Source: an uncultured Eubacteriales bacterium (GTDB lineage Bacteria > Bacillota > Clostridia > Lachnospirales > CAZQDT01). Taken from it: DNA of 64,000 nucleotides. Position numbers and translations under genes: made by a program. The notes under the pieces are model-generated. The model had not been told where the DNA came from. It did no database searches and was given only the letters and a program-made list of their open reading frames with translations. Positions 1 through 8,794 of this stretch are shown here, in pieces. The stretch spans positions 18,258 through 82,257 of the forward strand of contig CAZWZB010000014.1 in NCBI GenBank assembly GCA_964638835.1. The letters run 5' to 3'. Positions within the stretch are counted from its first letter, which is position 1. Each line of letters opens with the position of its first letter.

Positions 1-1256
1 AAACTACCAAATGGTGTACCACGTCCTGTTGTAAATAATACCATATGACAACCTGTACTAGCTAATGCAGTAGCTGAGACTAAATCATTTCCCGGGGAAT
101 TTAATAAATTAAGTCCATTTTTATTTAAAGTATCTCCATACTTTAAAACATCTACAATAGTAGCCGTGCCACCTTTTTGAATACAACCTAAAGATTTGTC
201 TTCAAGTGTAGTTATACCTCCTTCTTTATTGCCCGGAGATGGATTTTCATATATTGGTTGTTCATGTTTTGTAAAGTAAGCTTTAAAATCATTTATAAGG
301 TCAACTGTTTTGTTAAATACTTCATAACTTTCTGCTCTCTCCATAAGTAATGTTTCAGCTCCAAACATTTCAGGAACTTCTGTAAGTATAGTTGTACCAC
401 CTTGATTTATAAGAAAATCTGAAAAAACTCCTACTAAAGGATTTGCTGTTATTCCTGAAAGTCCATCAGAGCCACCACATTTCATCCCTATTTTAAGTTC
501 TGATAATGGAATATCAACTCTTTTATCTTCTTTCATAATATTATAAAGTTTTTTTAATAAGTTTACACCTTCAGTTATCTCATCATTAACAGATTGTACT
601 TCAAGAAATTTGATTCTATTAGTATCATATTCCCCTAAATTTTCTTTAAATGAATTGATTTGATTATTTTCACAGCCTAGTCCAACAACTAAAACAGCAC
701 CTGCATTAGGATGTTTAACTATGTTAGCTAAAATTGTTTGAGTATTTTTATGGTCATCTCCTAGTTGAGAACAACCATAATTATGCTTCAATACGCCTAA
801 ATAATCTATCTTAGAAGTATCAATTTCTTTTTTTAAATTATCTAACATTTGTTCACAAGTGCCATTTACACAACCCACAGTTGGTATTATCCAAAGTTCG
901 TTTCTTATTCCTACTTTATCAAAACTTCTTTTATATCCTTTAAATGTAAGATTTCTATTTTCATATTTTATTGGATTAATATTTTTAGTGTAAGTATAGT
1001 TTTCTATTTGTCCTAAATTAGTTTTTACATTATAAACATGAATATGTTCACCTTTTTTTATATCTTGTTTTGCATGTCCTATAGGATAGCCATATTTTAT
1101 TATATTTTCATCTTTATTTATATCAGATAAAGCAAATTTATGTCCTTTTTTAATATCTGTAATAAGTATTACTTCATCAATGCTATAACCTTTTGATAAA
1201 TCTTTTAAAGCTACAGCTACATTATCACGAGGATTTATTTTTATATAATCTTTCAT
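1..1256 (-). CDS. uxaA: Altronate dehydratase UxaA, N-terminal ~418 codons (gene runs off the left edge of the window)
   Basis: Absent from the ORF track because it is open at the window edge. My translation of the minus strand from the ATG at 1256-1254 gives MKDYIKINPRDNVAVALKDL...VVGLGCENNQ...KCGGSDGLSG...LFTTGRGTPFGS, a SAF-like N-terminus plus UxaA/GarD dehydratase core. The start overlaps the uxaB stop (TAATG). Confidence 0.85.
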   Translation of the reverse strand, partial: MKDYIKINPRDNVAVALKDLSKGYSIDEVILITDIKKGHKFALSDINKDENIIKYGYPIGHAKQDIKKGEHIHVYNVKTNLGQIENYTYTKNINPIKYENRNLTFKGYKRSFDKVGIRNELWIIPTVGCVNGTCEQMLDNLKKEIDTSKIDYLGVLKHNYGCSQLGDDHKNTQTILANIVKHPNAGAVLVVGLGCENNQINSFKENLGEYDTNRIKFLEVQSVNDEITEGVNLLKKLYNIMKEDKRVDIPLSELKIGMKCGGSDGLSGITANPLVGVFSDFLINQGGTTILTEVPEMFGAETLLMERAESYEVFNKTVDLINDFKAYFTKHEQPIYENPSPGNKEGGITTLEDKSLGCIQKGGTATIVDVLKYGDTLNKNGLNLLNSPGNDLVSATALASTGCHMVLFTTGRGTPFGS

Positions 1257-2701
1257 TAAATCACCTCTTTTATGGCATCTTGAATTCCATTTGTTAATAT
1301 TTTATATACATAATCAGCTGTCAAGTCTGTTAAACCTTCAATTTTATTTAAATCCATTTTCCAGTTGTTTTTATATCCTAATACTTCTGATACTACTTTG
1401 TAAGTGCTTTCTTTTGAGCCATCATAAAGTTTCCATACATCTAAATATAGATTTATTATATCTTTACCATCTATAATATTTATTTTTTCGCCATTTCTTT
1501 CACCTTTATAGAATACAATTAAAGAAGCTAATCCAAATACTAATCTTTTAGGTAGTGTTTTTTGTTGTTCTATATATGTTAGTAATGATGGTAAAACTCT
1601 TGTTTCATATTTTGACATGGAATTTAGGGATATACTCATCAATAAATGTTTTATGTAAGGATTTAAAAATCTTTGTAACACTTCATTTGCAAATGTTTCT
1701 AGTTCAGTTTTAGGAAGTTCTAATGTTTTTATTATCTCTTTAAAAATTGTATCTTTTAAAAATGTACCAACTATTTCATGTTCTACTGCTTCTCTAACTG
1801 TATCAATACCATAAAGATATGCTACTGGTGTTAATACTGTATGTGCTCCATTTAATATTCTAACTTTACGTATTTTATATGGTTTTTGATTGTTTGTAAA
1901 TATTACATTTAATCCAGCTTTATCAGCAGGAAATTCTTCTTTAACCCAATCAGGGGCTTCTATAACCCATAAATGAAATTGTTCACCTTCAACAAGATTT
2001 ACATCTTCATATCCTAATTCTTCTGTAATTTGTTGTATTTTATCTTTTGGATATCCTGGCACAATTCTGTCTACTAGTGTGTTACAAAATGTATTTGAAT
2101 TTTCAATCCATTCAATAAATTCTTTTTCAAGTTCCCATTTTACTGCATATTGAAGTACAAATTTTTTTAGAAAATTAGCATTTTGGTCTATTAATTCACA
2201 AGGCATTATTATAAGTCCTTTATCTACTGCTCCGTTAAATGTTTTATATCTATGGTATAAAAGAGAAGTTAATTTAGCAGGATAAGTAGAGTTAGCTTGA
2301 TAAATATTATCATTTTCTGAGTATACAATACCAGCTTCAGTAGTATTTGATATAACAAAGCGTAATTCAGGATTTTCACCAATTTTTAAATATTCATTGT
2401 AATCTTTATATGGATTAACTACTCTATTTATACTATTTATAACTTTATATTCACTCATTACAAAACCATCTTTAATTCCATTTAAATATAAAGTATAAAG
2501 ACAATCTTGATTTTTAAGTTCTTCTACTCTGCCAGATGGTAATGGTTGAACAATTACAATACTACTATTAAAGTTAATTTTATCATTCATAGTATCAATA
2601 AACCAATCAATAAAAGCTCTTAAAAAATTTCCTTCTCCAAATTGTAATATTCTTTCAGGATATAGTTTATATTTGTTATATATTTCTTTATTTAATGGCA
2701 T
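1256..2701 (-). CDS. uxaB: Tagaturonate reductase / altronate oxidoreductase (long-chain mannitol dehydrogenase family)
   Basis: 481-aa ORF with the N-terminal ILQFGEGNFLRAFIDWFID motif typical of UxaB. Translationally coupled to uxaA. Confidence 0.85.
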   Translation of the reverse strand: MPLNKEIYNKYKLYPERILQFGEGNFLRAFIDWFIDTMNDKINFNSSIVIVQPLPSGRVEELKNQDCLYTLYLNGIKDGFVMSEYKVINSINRVVNPYKDYNEYLKIGENPELRFVISNTTEAGIVYSENDNIYQANSTYPAKLTSLLYHRYKTFNGAVDKGLIIMPCELIDQNANFLKKFVLQYAVKWELEKEFIEWIENSNTFCNTLVDRIVPGYPKDKIQQITEELGYEDVNLVEGEQFHLWVIEAPDWVKEEFPADKAGLNVIFTNNQKPYKIRKVRILNGAHTVLTPVAYLYGIDTVREAVEHEIVGTFLKDTIFKEIIKTLELPKTELETFANEVLQRFLNPYIKHLLMSISLNSMSKYETRVLPSLLTYIEQQKTLPKRLVFGLASLIVFYKGERNGEKINIIDGKDIINLYLDVWKLYDGSKESTYKVVSEVLGYKNNWKMDLNKIEGLTDLTADYVYKILTNGIQDAIKEVI

Positions 2702-3429
2702 AATATTCCCCCAATAGTATAATTTTTATTTTGTAACCACTTACATTTTTATTATAGTACGGAATTATTTTTTAGTCAATATTTTAATTAAATTTGTTCT
2801 TTACTAATAATCATAATTTTTATATAATAAATATAATAACAAAAAAATTTGTAATTTAAATATTACTAAATTTTGTATATAAATGTTTTTACTAAAAATT
2901 ATGTTAATGTAGATTATAAAAATATATAAAACATATATAGTATTGGGAGATATTGTGTGATAGTGTGGGATGCTATAAATGTTTATATTTGAATTTTTAT
3001 TAATATAATAATTTAAAAATATTTTATATAGTTGTTATCTAATAATTTTGCTTAAAATCATCATTTAAATTATTCTAAGACTTTACATTTGCAATATCAA
3101 TTATTTAGTTAACATATTTTATTAAACAAAATATAATTACAATATTATAGATATTTTTTACTTTAATTTATTACTTTTAAAATTTATTTAGATATAAAAT
3201 ACTAACTCCATATTTTAAAGTTTTTATAATATAATTATGTAATAAAGTTAATAAAAATAAATTAAATGATGATAGAATTAATATTATAAATTTTGGTCAA
3301 TAACTTCTCCAAAATTTATAATAATAAGTTTTCATATTTAAACTATTGTCAATTTGTTTAATGTGATTTATATTTAAAATAGTAAATAAAATACAATATT
3401 ACAATTTTTAAATTTCCAAGCAATTATAA

Positions 3430-3458
3430 TTGACATATTGTAATTATTATCATATATT
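3430..3458 (+). promoter_or_regulatory. Candidate sigma-A promoter for cheX-like/trmL
   Basis: TTGACA (3430-3435), 17-nt spacer, TATATT (3453-3458), about 90 nt upstream of the 3551 start. Confidence 0.4.
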
Positions 3459-3550
3459 TTTGTTTTAAATTTAAGTATAACATTGCTCAAATCAAGATAA
3501 TATGATAAAGTAATATATAAAATTAAAATTTTTGAGAGGCGGTAAAAAAA

Positions 3551-4030
3551 ATGAATGTTGAATATATAAATCCATTCATAAATGGAACACAAGCAGTATT
3601 AAAAAACTTATGTAATGAAGAAACAACACTTGGGAAAATTTACTTAAAATCGTCACCTTTTACTGGTGAAACAATTTCTATTATAATAGGAGTTACGGGT
3701 GATATTAAAGGACAGGTTATTTTTAGTTTAGGGCATTCTTCAGCTTGTTCAATAGCGTCTAAAATGATGATGGGCATGCCAGTAACTGAAATGGATGAAT
3801 TAGCTAAAAGTGCTATATCTGAATTAACAAATATGATATTAGGTAATACAGCAACCTTATTTTATAATGCAGGCATAATTATAGATATTACTCCTCCATC
3901 TTTATTAATGGGGCAGAATGTTCAAATATCAACTACTAAAACGCAAACTATTTGTATACCACTCCAACTAAGTGATGGTAATCCACTTGAAATAGATGTA
4001 TCTTTGCAACCTAATACTAAAAACAAATAA
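3551..4030 (+). CDS. cheX: CheX/CheC-family chemotaxis phosphatase-like protein
   Basis: 159 aa. The N-terminus MNVEYINPFINGTQAVLKN and the GDIKGQVIFSL and ELTNMILGN segments resemble CheX. SD GAGAGGCGG lies upstream. Confidence 0.65.
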   Translation: MNVEYINPFINGTQAVLKNLCNEETTLGKIYLKSSPFTGETISIIIGVTGDIKGQVIFSLGHSSACSIASKMMMGMPVTEMDELAKSAISELTNMILGNTATLFYNAGIIIDITPPSLLMGQNVQISTTKTQTICIPLQLSDGNPLEIDVSLQPNTKNK

Positions 4031-4050
4031 GAAAGAGGTTGTTGAATATT

Positions 4051-4539
4051 ATGAATGTTGTTTTACTAGAGCCAGAAATACCACAAAATGCAGGAAATAT
4101 TGCTAGAACTTGTGCTGCTACAAATTGTGTCTTACATATGATTAAACCTTTTGGTTTTTCTATAGAAGATAAATATTTAAAAAGAGCTGGTTTAGATTAT
4201 TGGAATCTTTTAGATATAGTTTATTATGATAACTTTGAAGATTTTAAAACAAAAAATTCTAATGGAAAATTTTTTATGGCAACCACCAAATCACAGCAAA
4301 CTTACACTAATGTAAGTTATTCAGATAATGATTATATTATTTTTGGTAAAGAGAGTGCAGGAATACCTGAAGAAATACTATTAAATTATAAAGAAACGGC
4401 TATTAGAATTCCTATGATAGAAAATTCACGTTCATTAAATCTTTCAACTTCCGTTGCTATTATAGTATATGAAGCATTAAGACAGCAAAATTTTAAAAAC
4501 TTATTAAGAGAGGGTCAATTACACAGATATAAGTGGTAG
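4051..4539 (+). CDS. trmL: tRNA (cytidine/uridine-34 2'-O)-methyltransferase, SpoU family (TrmL)
   Basis: VVLLEPEIPQNAGNIARTCAAT and the C-terminal SLNLSTSVAIIVYEALRQ knot motif. Start moved to ATG 4051, 12 nt after SD GAAAGAGG; the track start at 4039 is a TTG abutting the SD. Confidence 0.85.
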   Translation: MNVVLLEPEIPQNAGNIARTCAATNCVLHMIKPFGFSIEDKYLKRAGLDYWNLLDIVYYDNFEDFKTKNSNGKFFMATTKSQQTYTNVSYSDNDYIIFGKESAGIPEEILLNYKETAIRIPMIENSRSLNLSTSVAIIVYEALRQQNFKNLLREGQLHRYKW

Positions 4540-4560
4540 ATAAGAAATTTATATTAGTTG

Positions 4561-4593
4561 AAAAGTGTACGAATATATTTCGTACACTTTTTT
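4561..4593 (+). terminator. Intrinsic terminator after trmL
   Basis: AAAAGTGTACGAA / TTCGTACACTTTT stem followed by a T-run. Confidence 0.7.
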
Positions 4594-4800
4594 AAATATT
4601 TAAATCTACTACATTTTCATATACTATTACATCTTGTAATTTACATTGTAAAATTGCACATAATCCATTTAATTTTCTTGTTGAAATTAAATTATTCCTT
4701 TAAGTGTAGTAAAATCGTAGATTTTACTACACTTATCTTCATAATTTTTTAAGTTATTATATTTTATTTCAACCTAAAAAAGCAGTATTAAATATTTTGG

Positions 4801-6054
4801 TTATTTTACATTTTTAAGTATATATTCTATATTTTTATCATCTAATTTTCCAACTGTTGCTAAACTCATTTGTGATATATCAAGTATATTATTTGCCATA
4901 CTTAGCACTTCATCTACAGTTACTTTGTTAATTTTGGTTATAACCTCATCTGTTGTTTCTACATGACCTAATAAAAGTGTAGAACGACCAAATGATGACA
5001 TTAAATTACTTGTAGTTTCAAGTCCTATTATATAGTTACTTTTTAATTGTTCTTTAGCTTTCAATATATCATTTTCTAATGACTTATCTACTTTTATATT
5101 TTTTATTTCTCTATTTATTATTTTAAACACTTTAGGTATTTGATTTATTGCCATACTTAAATATATAGTAAATATTCCATCATCTATATAACTGTAAATA
5201 TCCGAATAAACTGAATATGCTAGTCCATTATCTTCTCTTATCTTTTGAAAAAGTCTTGAACTCATACCATCACCAAAAATTATACTAAGTATATTAAGTA
5301 TAAATATATCATCTGATAATGAATTTAAACCTTTAAAACCTAAACAAATATGTATCTGTTCTATATCTTTGATTTTTGTTATAATACTAGGTTTATAAAT
5401 AGTTTTTTCTGGTATATTTTTATATTCAACTTCATTTTTCCAAACACCAAAATACTTTTCTATTTTATATAGAATTTCATCTACATCAAAGTTTCCAACA
5501 ATTGATATGATAGTATTTTTAGGTGTATAATTTGATTTATAATAATTTTTAAATAATTTGCTATCAAATTTACTTATAGTTTCTTTTGTACCTAATATGG
5601 GTCTGCCTAAAGGCATATCACTCCAAACTGCTTCTTGTAGTAAATCATTAACTAATTCTTCAGGAGAATCCTCATACATATCTATTTCTTCTAGTATAAC
5701 ATTAAGTTCTTTTTTTATCTCTTTATTATCAAAAACAGAATTTATAAGCATATCTGACATAACATCCAATGCAGTATCTATATGTGTGTCAAGAGTTACA
5801 GTATAATAACAAGTATAATCTTTACTTGTATATGCATTTAACTGCCCACCTATAGCATCCATTTCATTTGCTATGTCTTTAGCCGTTCTATTAATTGTAC
5901 CTTTAAATAGCATATGCTCAATAAAATGTGATATTCCATTTGTACTATCTAATTCATTTCGAGAACCATTTTTAACCCATATACCAAAAGCTATAGAACG
6001 TACATATGGTATTTTTTCTAAAACTACTTTAAGACCATTTGATAATACTTTCAT
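4801..6054 (-). CDS. M16-family zinc peptidase (insulinase/pitrilysin-like)
   Basis: 417 aa with the inverted zinc motif HFIEHMLFKGT (HxxEH) near the N-terminus. Confidence 0.85.
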   Translation of the reverse strand: MKVLSNGLKVVLEKIPYVRSIAFGIWVKNGSRNELDSTNGISHFIEHMLFKGTINRTAKDIANEMDAIGGQLNAYTSKDYTCYYTVTLDTHIDTALDVMSDMLINSVFDNKEIKKELNVILEEIDMYEDSPEELVNDLLQEAVWSDMPLGRPILGTKETISKFDSKLFKNYYKSNYTPKNTIISIVGNFDVDEILYKIEKYFGVWKNEVEYKNIPEKTIYKPSIITKIKDIEQIHICLGFKGLNSLSDDIFILNILSIIFGDGMSSRLFQKIREDNGLAYSVYSDIYSYIDDGIFTIYLSMAINQIPKVFKIINREIKNIKVDKSLENDILKAKEQLKSNYIIGLETTSNLMSSFGRSTLLLGHVETTDEVITKINKVTVDEVLSMANNILDISQMSLATVGKLDDKNIEYILKNVK

Positions 6055-6229
6055 AAATTCTCCTTATCATTTAAAAATTAATACTTAATTATATTGATTC
6101 ATATTATCATATCTTAATTTATAATGCAATAAAAATCTAAGTGATTACTTTTTAAAAAATAATTTTTATATTTTAGCTTATTTATTAATATTATTATGAA
6201 TGTTTAATATTTTTGGAAGTACTAATAAA

Positions 6230-6343
6230 ATAATTAAAATTAAAAATAGTAATCAAAAAGTAAAATTAAAAATCAATCCTGTGTCGCACTCATTTATGAG
6301 TGCGACACGACTTTAAATCAAAAAATATTAAAAATAATATTTC
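6230..6343 (+). repeat. GCACTC-palindrome element, copy A (family 1)
   Basis: Hairpin 6281-6308, GTGTCGCACTCAT-TT-ATGAGTGCGACAC, with AT-rich flanks conserved in the copies at 14655-14766 and 22340-22428 (opposite orientation). Confidence 0.8.
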
Positions 6344-6406
6344 TTTATTATTTTCAATTATTTATTTAGCACTACTATATTTTTTATCGCTAAAATAACT
6401 ACATTA

Positions 6407-6689
6407 TGATATAATACAGTTATAAGTTTAATGAATTTTAAATAATCACTAAACTCACATTAATATTTATTTTTAAATTGAGGTGATATATATGGCAATT
6501 TCATTTGGTGTTATACTTGATACTCTCCATGCAAAGTCCAAATTAATCAGCTTAAAGATTAATTATGATAAGCAAATGGCGTTAATTGCATGGAGTAAAT
6601 AAAGTTCGCCATAAATATTTTAGTTTATCATAGGACTTTGTACCTTAAAACTTTTAGTTAATTTATAAAATTTTAGGGAGCGAACTATT
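6407..6689 (+). promoter_or_regulatory. Candidate promoter plus structured ~270-nt leader upstream of the TrmH-family methyltransferase
   Basis: Extended -10 TGaTATAAT (6407-6415). 10-bp stem CTCCATGCAA (6525-6534) / TTGCATGGAG (6586-6595) enclosing hairpin AATTAATC (6541-6548) / GATTAATT (6557-6564). AGTTCGC (6603-6609) pairs with GCGAACT (6680-6686), which abuts the SD AGGGAG. Confidence 0.3.
6492..6602 (+). CDS. Candidate 36-aa leader peptide (uORF) MAISFGVILDTLHAKSKLISLKINYDKQMALIAWSK
   Basis: Strong SD GAGGTGAT 5 nt upstream of the ATG. The ORF spans the leader stems. No family recognised. Confidence 0.25.
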   Translation: MAISFGVILDTLHAKSKLISLKINYDKQMALIAWSK

Positions 6690-7421
6690 ATGACAAACAA
6701 TGACAAATTAAAGATTTATAAAAAAGAGTATAATTATTCATATACAATTGGAATGTATCCTACCATTGAATTATTAAAGAACAAATCCAATATAGTAAAA
6801 GAAATATATATCCATTCAAAATATGAAGATTTCTCAGTAATAAAAAATTTATGTAATGATATTCCTATAATATTTAATGATAAAATTTTTGAACGTATAG
6901 GAGTAAATGATAATAGCTTTGTATTAGGTGTTTTTTATAAGTATAGTATGGTGTTAAATATAAATAAACCACATATTGTTCTTGTAAATCCTTCTGATAT
7001 GGGTAATGTTGGAACAATCATACGAACAATTTTAGGATTAGGTTATAAGGATTTAGCTATTATAACTCCTACTGCTGACATATGGAATCCAAAAACAATT
7101 AGAGCTAGTATGGGAGCATTATTTAAACTAAATATCGAATATTATCAAAGTTTTAATGATTATAAAAAACGATTCATTAATCATCAATTATTTCCTTTTA
7201 TGCTTGGTGGAAAAGAAAAATTATGCTTTGAAAATTGTCCTGAAACTAAATTATTTTCATTAATTTTTGGTAATGAAGCAACAGGTCTTGATAATAGCTT
7301 TTTATCCGTGGGGACTGTTACACAAATTCCTCAAATGAATGAGGTTGATTCTCTTAATCTTGCTGTAGCAACGGCTATTGGTGCATATACTTTTGCTTTA
7401 AAAAATAAACTTGTTATTTAA
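6690..7421 (+). CDS. TrmH/SpoU-family RNA 2'-O-methyltransferase (RlmB-like architecture)
   Basis: 243 aa. An N-terminal substrate-binding-like region is followed by the SpoU motifs NPSDMGNVGTIIRT, FGNEATGL and SLNLAVATAIGAY. Confidence 0.8.
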   Translation: MTNNDKLKIYKKEYNYSYTIGMYPTIELLKNKSNIVKEIYIHSKYEDFSVIKNLCNDIPIIFNDKIFERIGVNDNSFVLGVFYKYSMVLNINKPHIVLVNPSDMGNVGTIIRTILGLGYKDLAIITPTADIWNPKTIRASMGALFKLNIEYYQSFNDYKKRFINHQLFPFMLGGKEKLCFENCPETKLFSLIFGNEATGLDNSFLSVGTVTQIPQMNEVDSLNLAVATAIGAYTFALKNKLVI

Positions 7422-7580
7422 AACTATTTATAGTGAAGAGTTTTTTTCAAATTTGTCCACTATAATATTTATTGGTTTAACAAATATAAATTATGAGAGT
7501 AATAATGAATGTTTATTAAAAGATAGGTTTTGTTATAAAATTAATAGTTATATATTAAATCAAATAAGAAATTTAAAATC

Positions 7581-7620
7581 AAAACTGGTTCGCACTCCAT
7601 ATGGAGTGCGAACCAGTTTT
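7581..7620. repeat. GCACTC-palindrome element, copy B (family 1 variant)
   Basis: 40-nt perfect palindrome AAAACTGGTTCGCACTCCAT/ATGGAGTGCGAACCAGTTTT. It has the same GCACTC-N6-GAGTGC core and similar flanks to copy A. It could also terminate the upstream methyltransferase gene. Confidence 0.75.
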
Positions 7621-7813
7621 AAATAAAAAAATATTATTTAGCACTACTTAAATTATTATGCTTTATAAAGTAAATTGAGATACTATTCTTTAAAATATAA
7701 GGAACACTGTCCCAACTCTATTTTTATTTTAAACTTCAACAACTATAAATATTTATTTAACCTAAAGAGTATGGTATAATTATAATCAACATAATTGAAT
7801 GGAGTGACTTAAA

Positions 7814-8734
7814 ATGCCTATTAAGGTTAGAGATGAATTACCAGCAAAAGAAATTTTGCTTAATGAAAATATTTTTGTTATGGATGAAAGTAGAGCATTT
7901 AAACAAGATATACGACCGCTTAAAATAGCTTTATTAAATCTTATGCCAACAAAACAAGTAACAGAAGTGCAAATATTAAGACTTATAGGAAATACTTCTT
8001 TACAAATAGATGTAACTTTATTACATCCAAAAACTCATATATCAAAAACAACTTCTATTGAACATCTTTTAAGTTTTTATAAAACTTTTGATGATGTAAA
8101 ATGTGAATATTTTGATGGATTAATTATTACAGGTGCTCCTATAGAACATTTAGAATTTGAACAAGTAAATTATTGGAACGAATTAAAAGAAATAATGGAG
8201 TGGTCAAAGAATAATGTCACTTCAACCTTTCATATTTGTTGGGGAGCACAAGCAGGTTTATATTATCACTATGGAATACATAAATATCCTCTTTCTAAAA
8301 AAATGTTTGGAGTATTTGAACATAAAGTTTTAAAAAAAGAAATAATGCTTATGAGAGGATTTGATGATGTATTTTATGTACCTCATTCAAGACATACAGA
8401 AGTAAGATTTGAAGATATAGAAAAAGTTTTAGAGTTAGATATAATTTCCACTTCTGATGAATCAGGAGTATATGTTGTTGCATCAAAAGATAGAAAGCAA
8501 GTATTTGTAACAGGACATTCAGAATATGACCCTGAAACATTAAAAAAAGAATATGTTAGGGATATTAATAAGGGTTTAGAAATAGAAATACCTAAAAATT
8601 ATTTTAAAGATGATAACCCAAAGAAAGAACCTTTAGTTAAATGGCGTTCACATGCCAATCTTATATATTCAAATTGGTTAAATTATTATGTATATCAAGA
8701 AACTCCTTTTGATTTAAATTTTAAAAATTGTTAA
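7814..8734 (+). CDS. metA: Homoserine O-acyltransferase MetA
   Basis: 306 aa. [11 protein letters not shown]...[15 protein letters not shown] and the overall pattern are typical of MetA. Confidence 0.9.
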   Translation: MPIKVRDELPAKEILLNENIFVMDESRAFKQDIRPLKIALLNLMPTKQVTEVQILRLIGNTSLQIDVTLLHPKTHISKTTSIEHLLSFYKTFDDVKCEYFDGLIITGAPIEHLEFEQVNYWNELKEIMEWSKNNVTSTFHICWGAQAGLYYHYGIHKYPLSKKMFGVFEHKVLKKEIMLMRGFDDVFYVPHSRHTEVRFEDIEKVLELDIISTSDESGVYVVASKDRKQVFVTGHSEYDPETLKKEYVRDINKGLEIEIPKNYFKDDNPKKEPLVKWRSHANLIYSNWLNYYVYQETPFDLNFKNC

Positions 8735-8755
8735 GTATAAATAAAATAAGTAAAC

Positions 8756-8787
8756 AAAAAAAGTACGAAATAATTTCGTACTTTTTA
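8756..8787. terminator. Bidirectional terminator between metA and rny
   Basis: AAAAAGTACGAAA / TTTCGTACTTTTT stem flanked by an A-run and a T-run, between convergent genes. Confidence 0.7.
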
Positions 8788-8794
8788 TTTATGC

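Noticed and set aside
2702-3550. 850-bp non-coding, extremely AT-rich gap between uxaB and the cheX-like gene, examined for RNA genes, small ORFs with an SD, and repeats.
   Set aside because: Only weak A/T palindromes and a plausible promoter (3430-3458) were found. There is no SD-preceded ORF and no G+C-rich structured segment. ORF 3374-3592 is low complexity and overlaps the cheX-like start.
6366-6393. CIRCE-like sequence TTAGCACTA-N10-TATCGCTAA; the TTATTTAGCACTAC motif also occurs at 7634-7649.
   Set aside because: Only the left half matches the HrcA operator well. The right half matches at about 6 of 9 positions and the spacing is off by one. No chaperone gene follows. I treat it as part of the flank of the family 1 element.
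7627-7813. Riboswitch search: S-box/SAM upstream of metA; also THF or other motifs upstream of folD and fhs (43191-43429, 45101-45311), a purine riboswitch upstream of purD (34958-35184), and yybP-ykoY upstream of mntP (25618-25645).
   Set aside because: None of the conserved cores I know for these classes is visible. The mntP gap is only 28 nt. Only plain promoters and terminators were recognisable.
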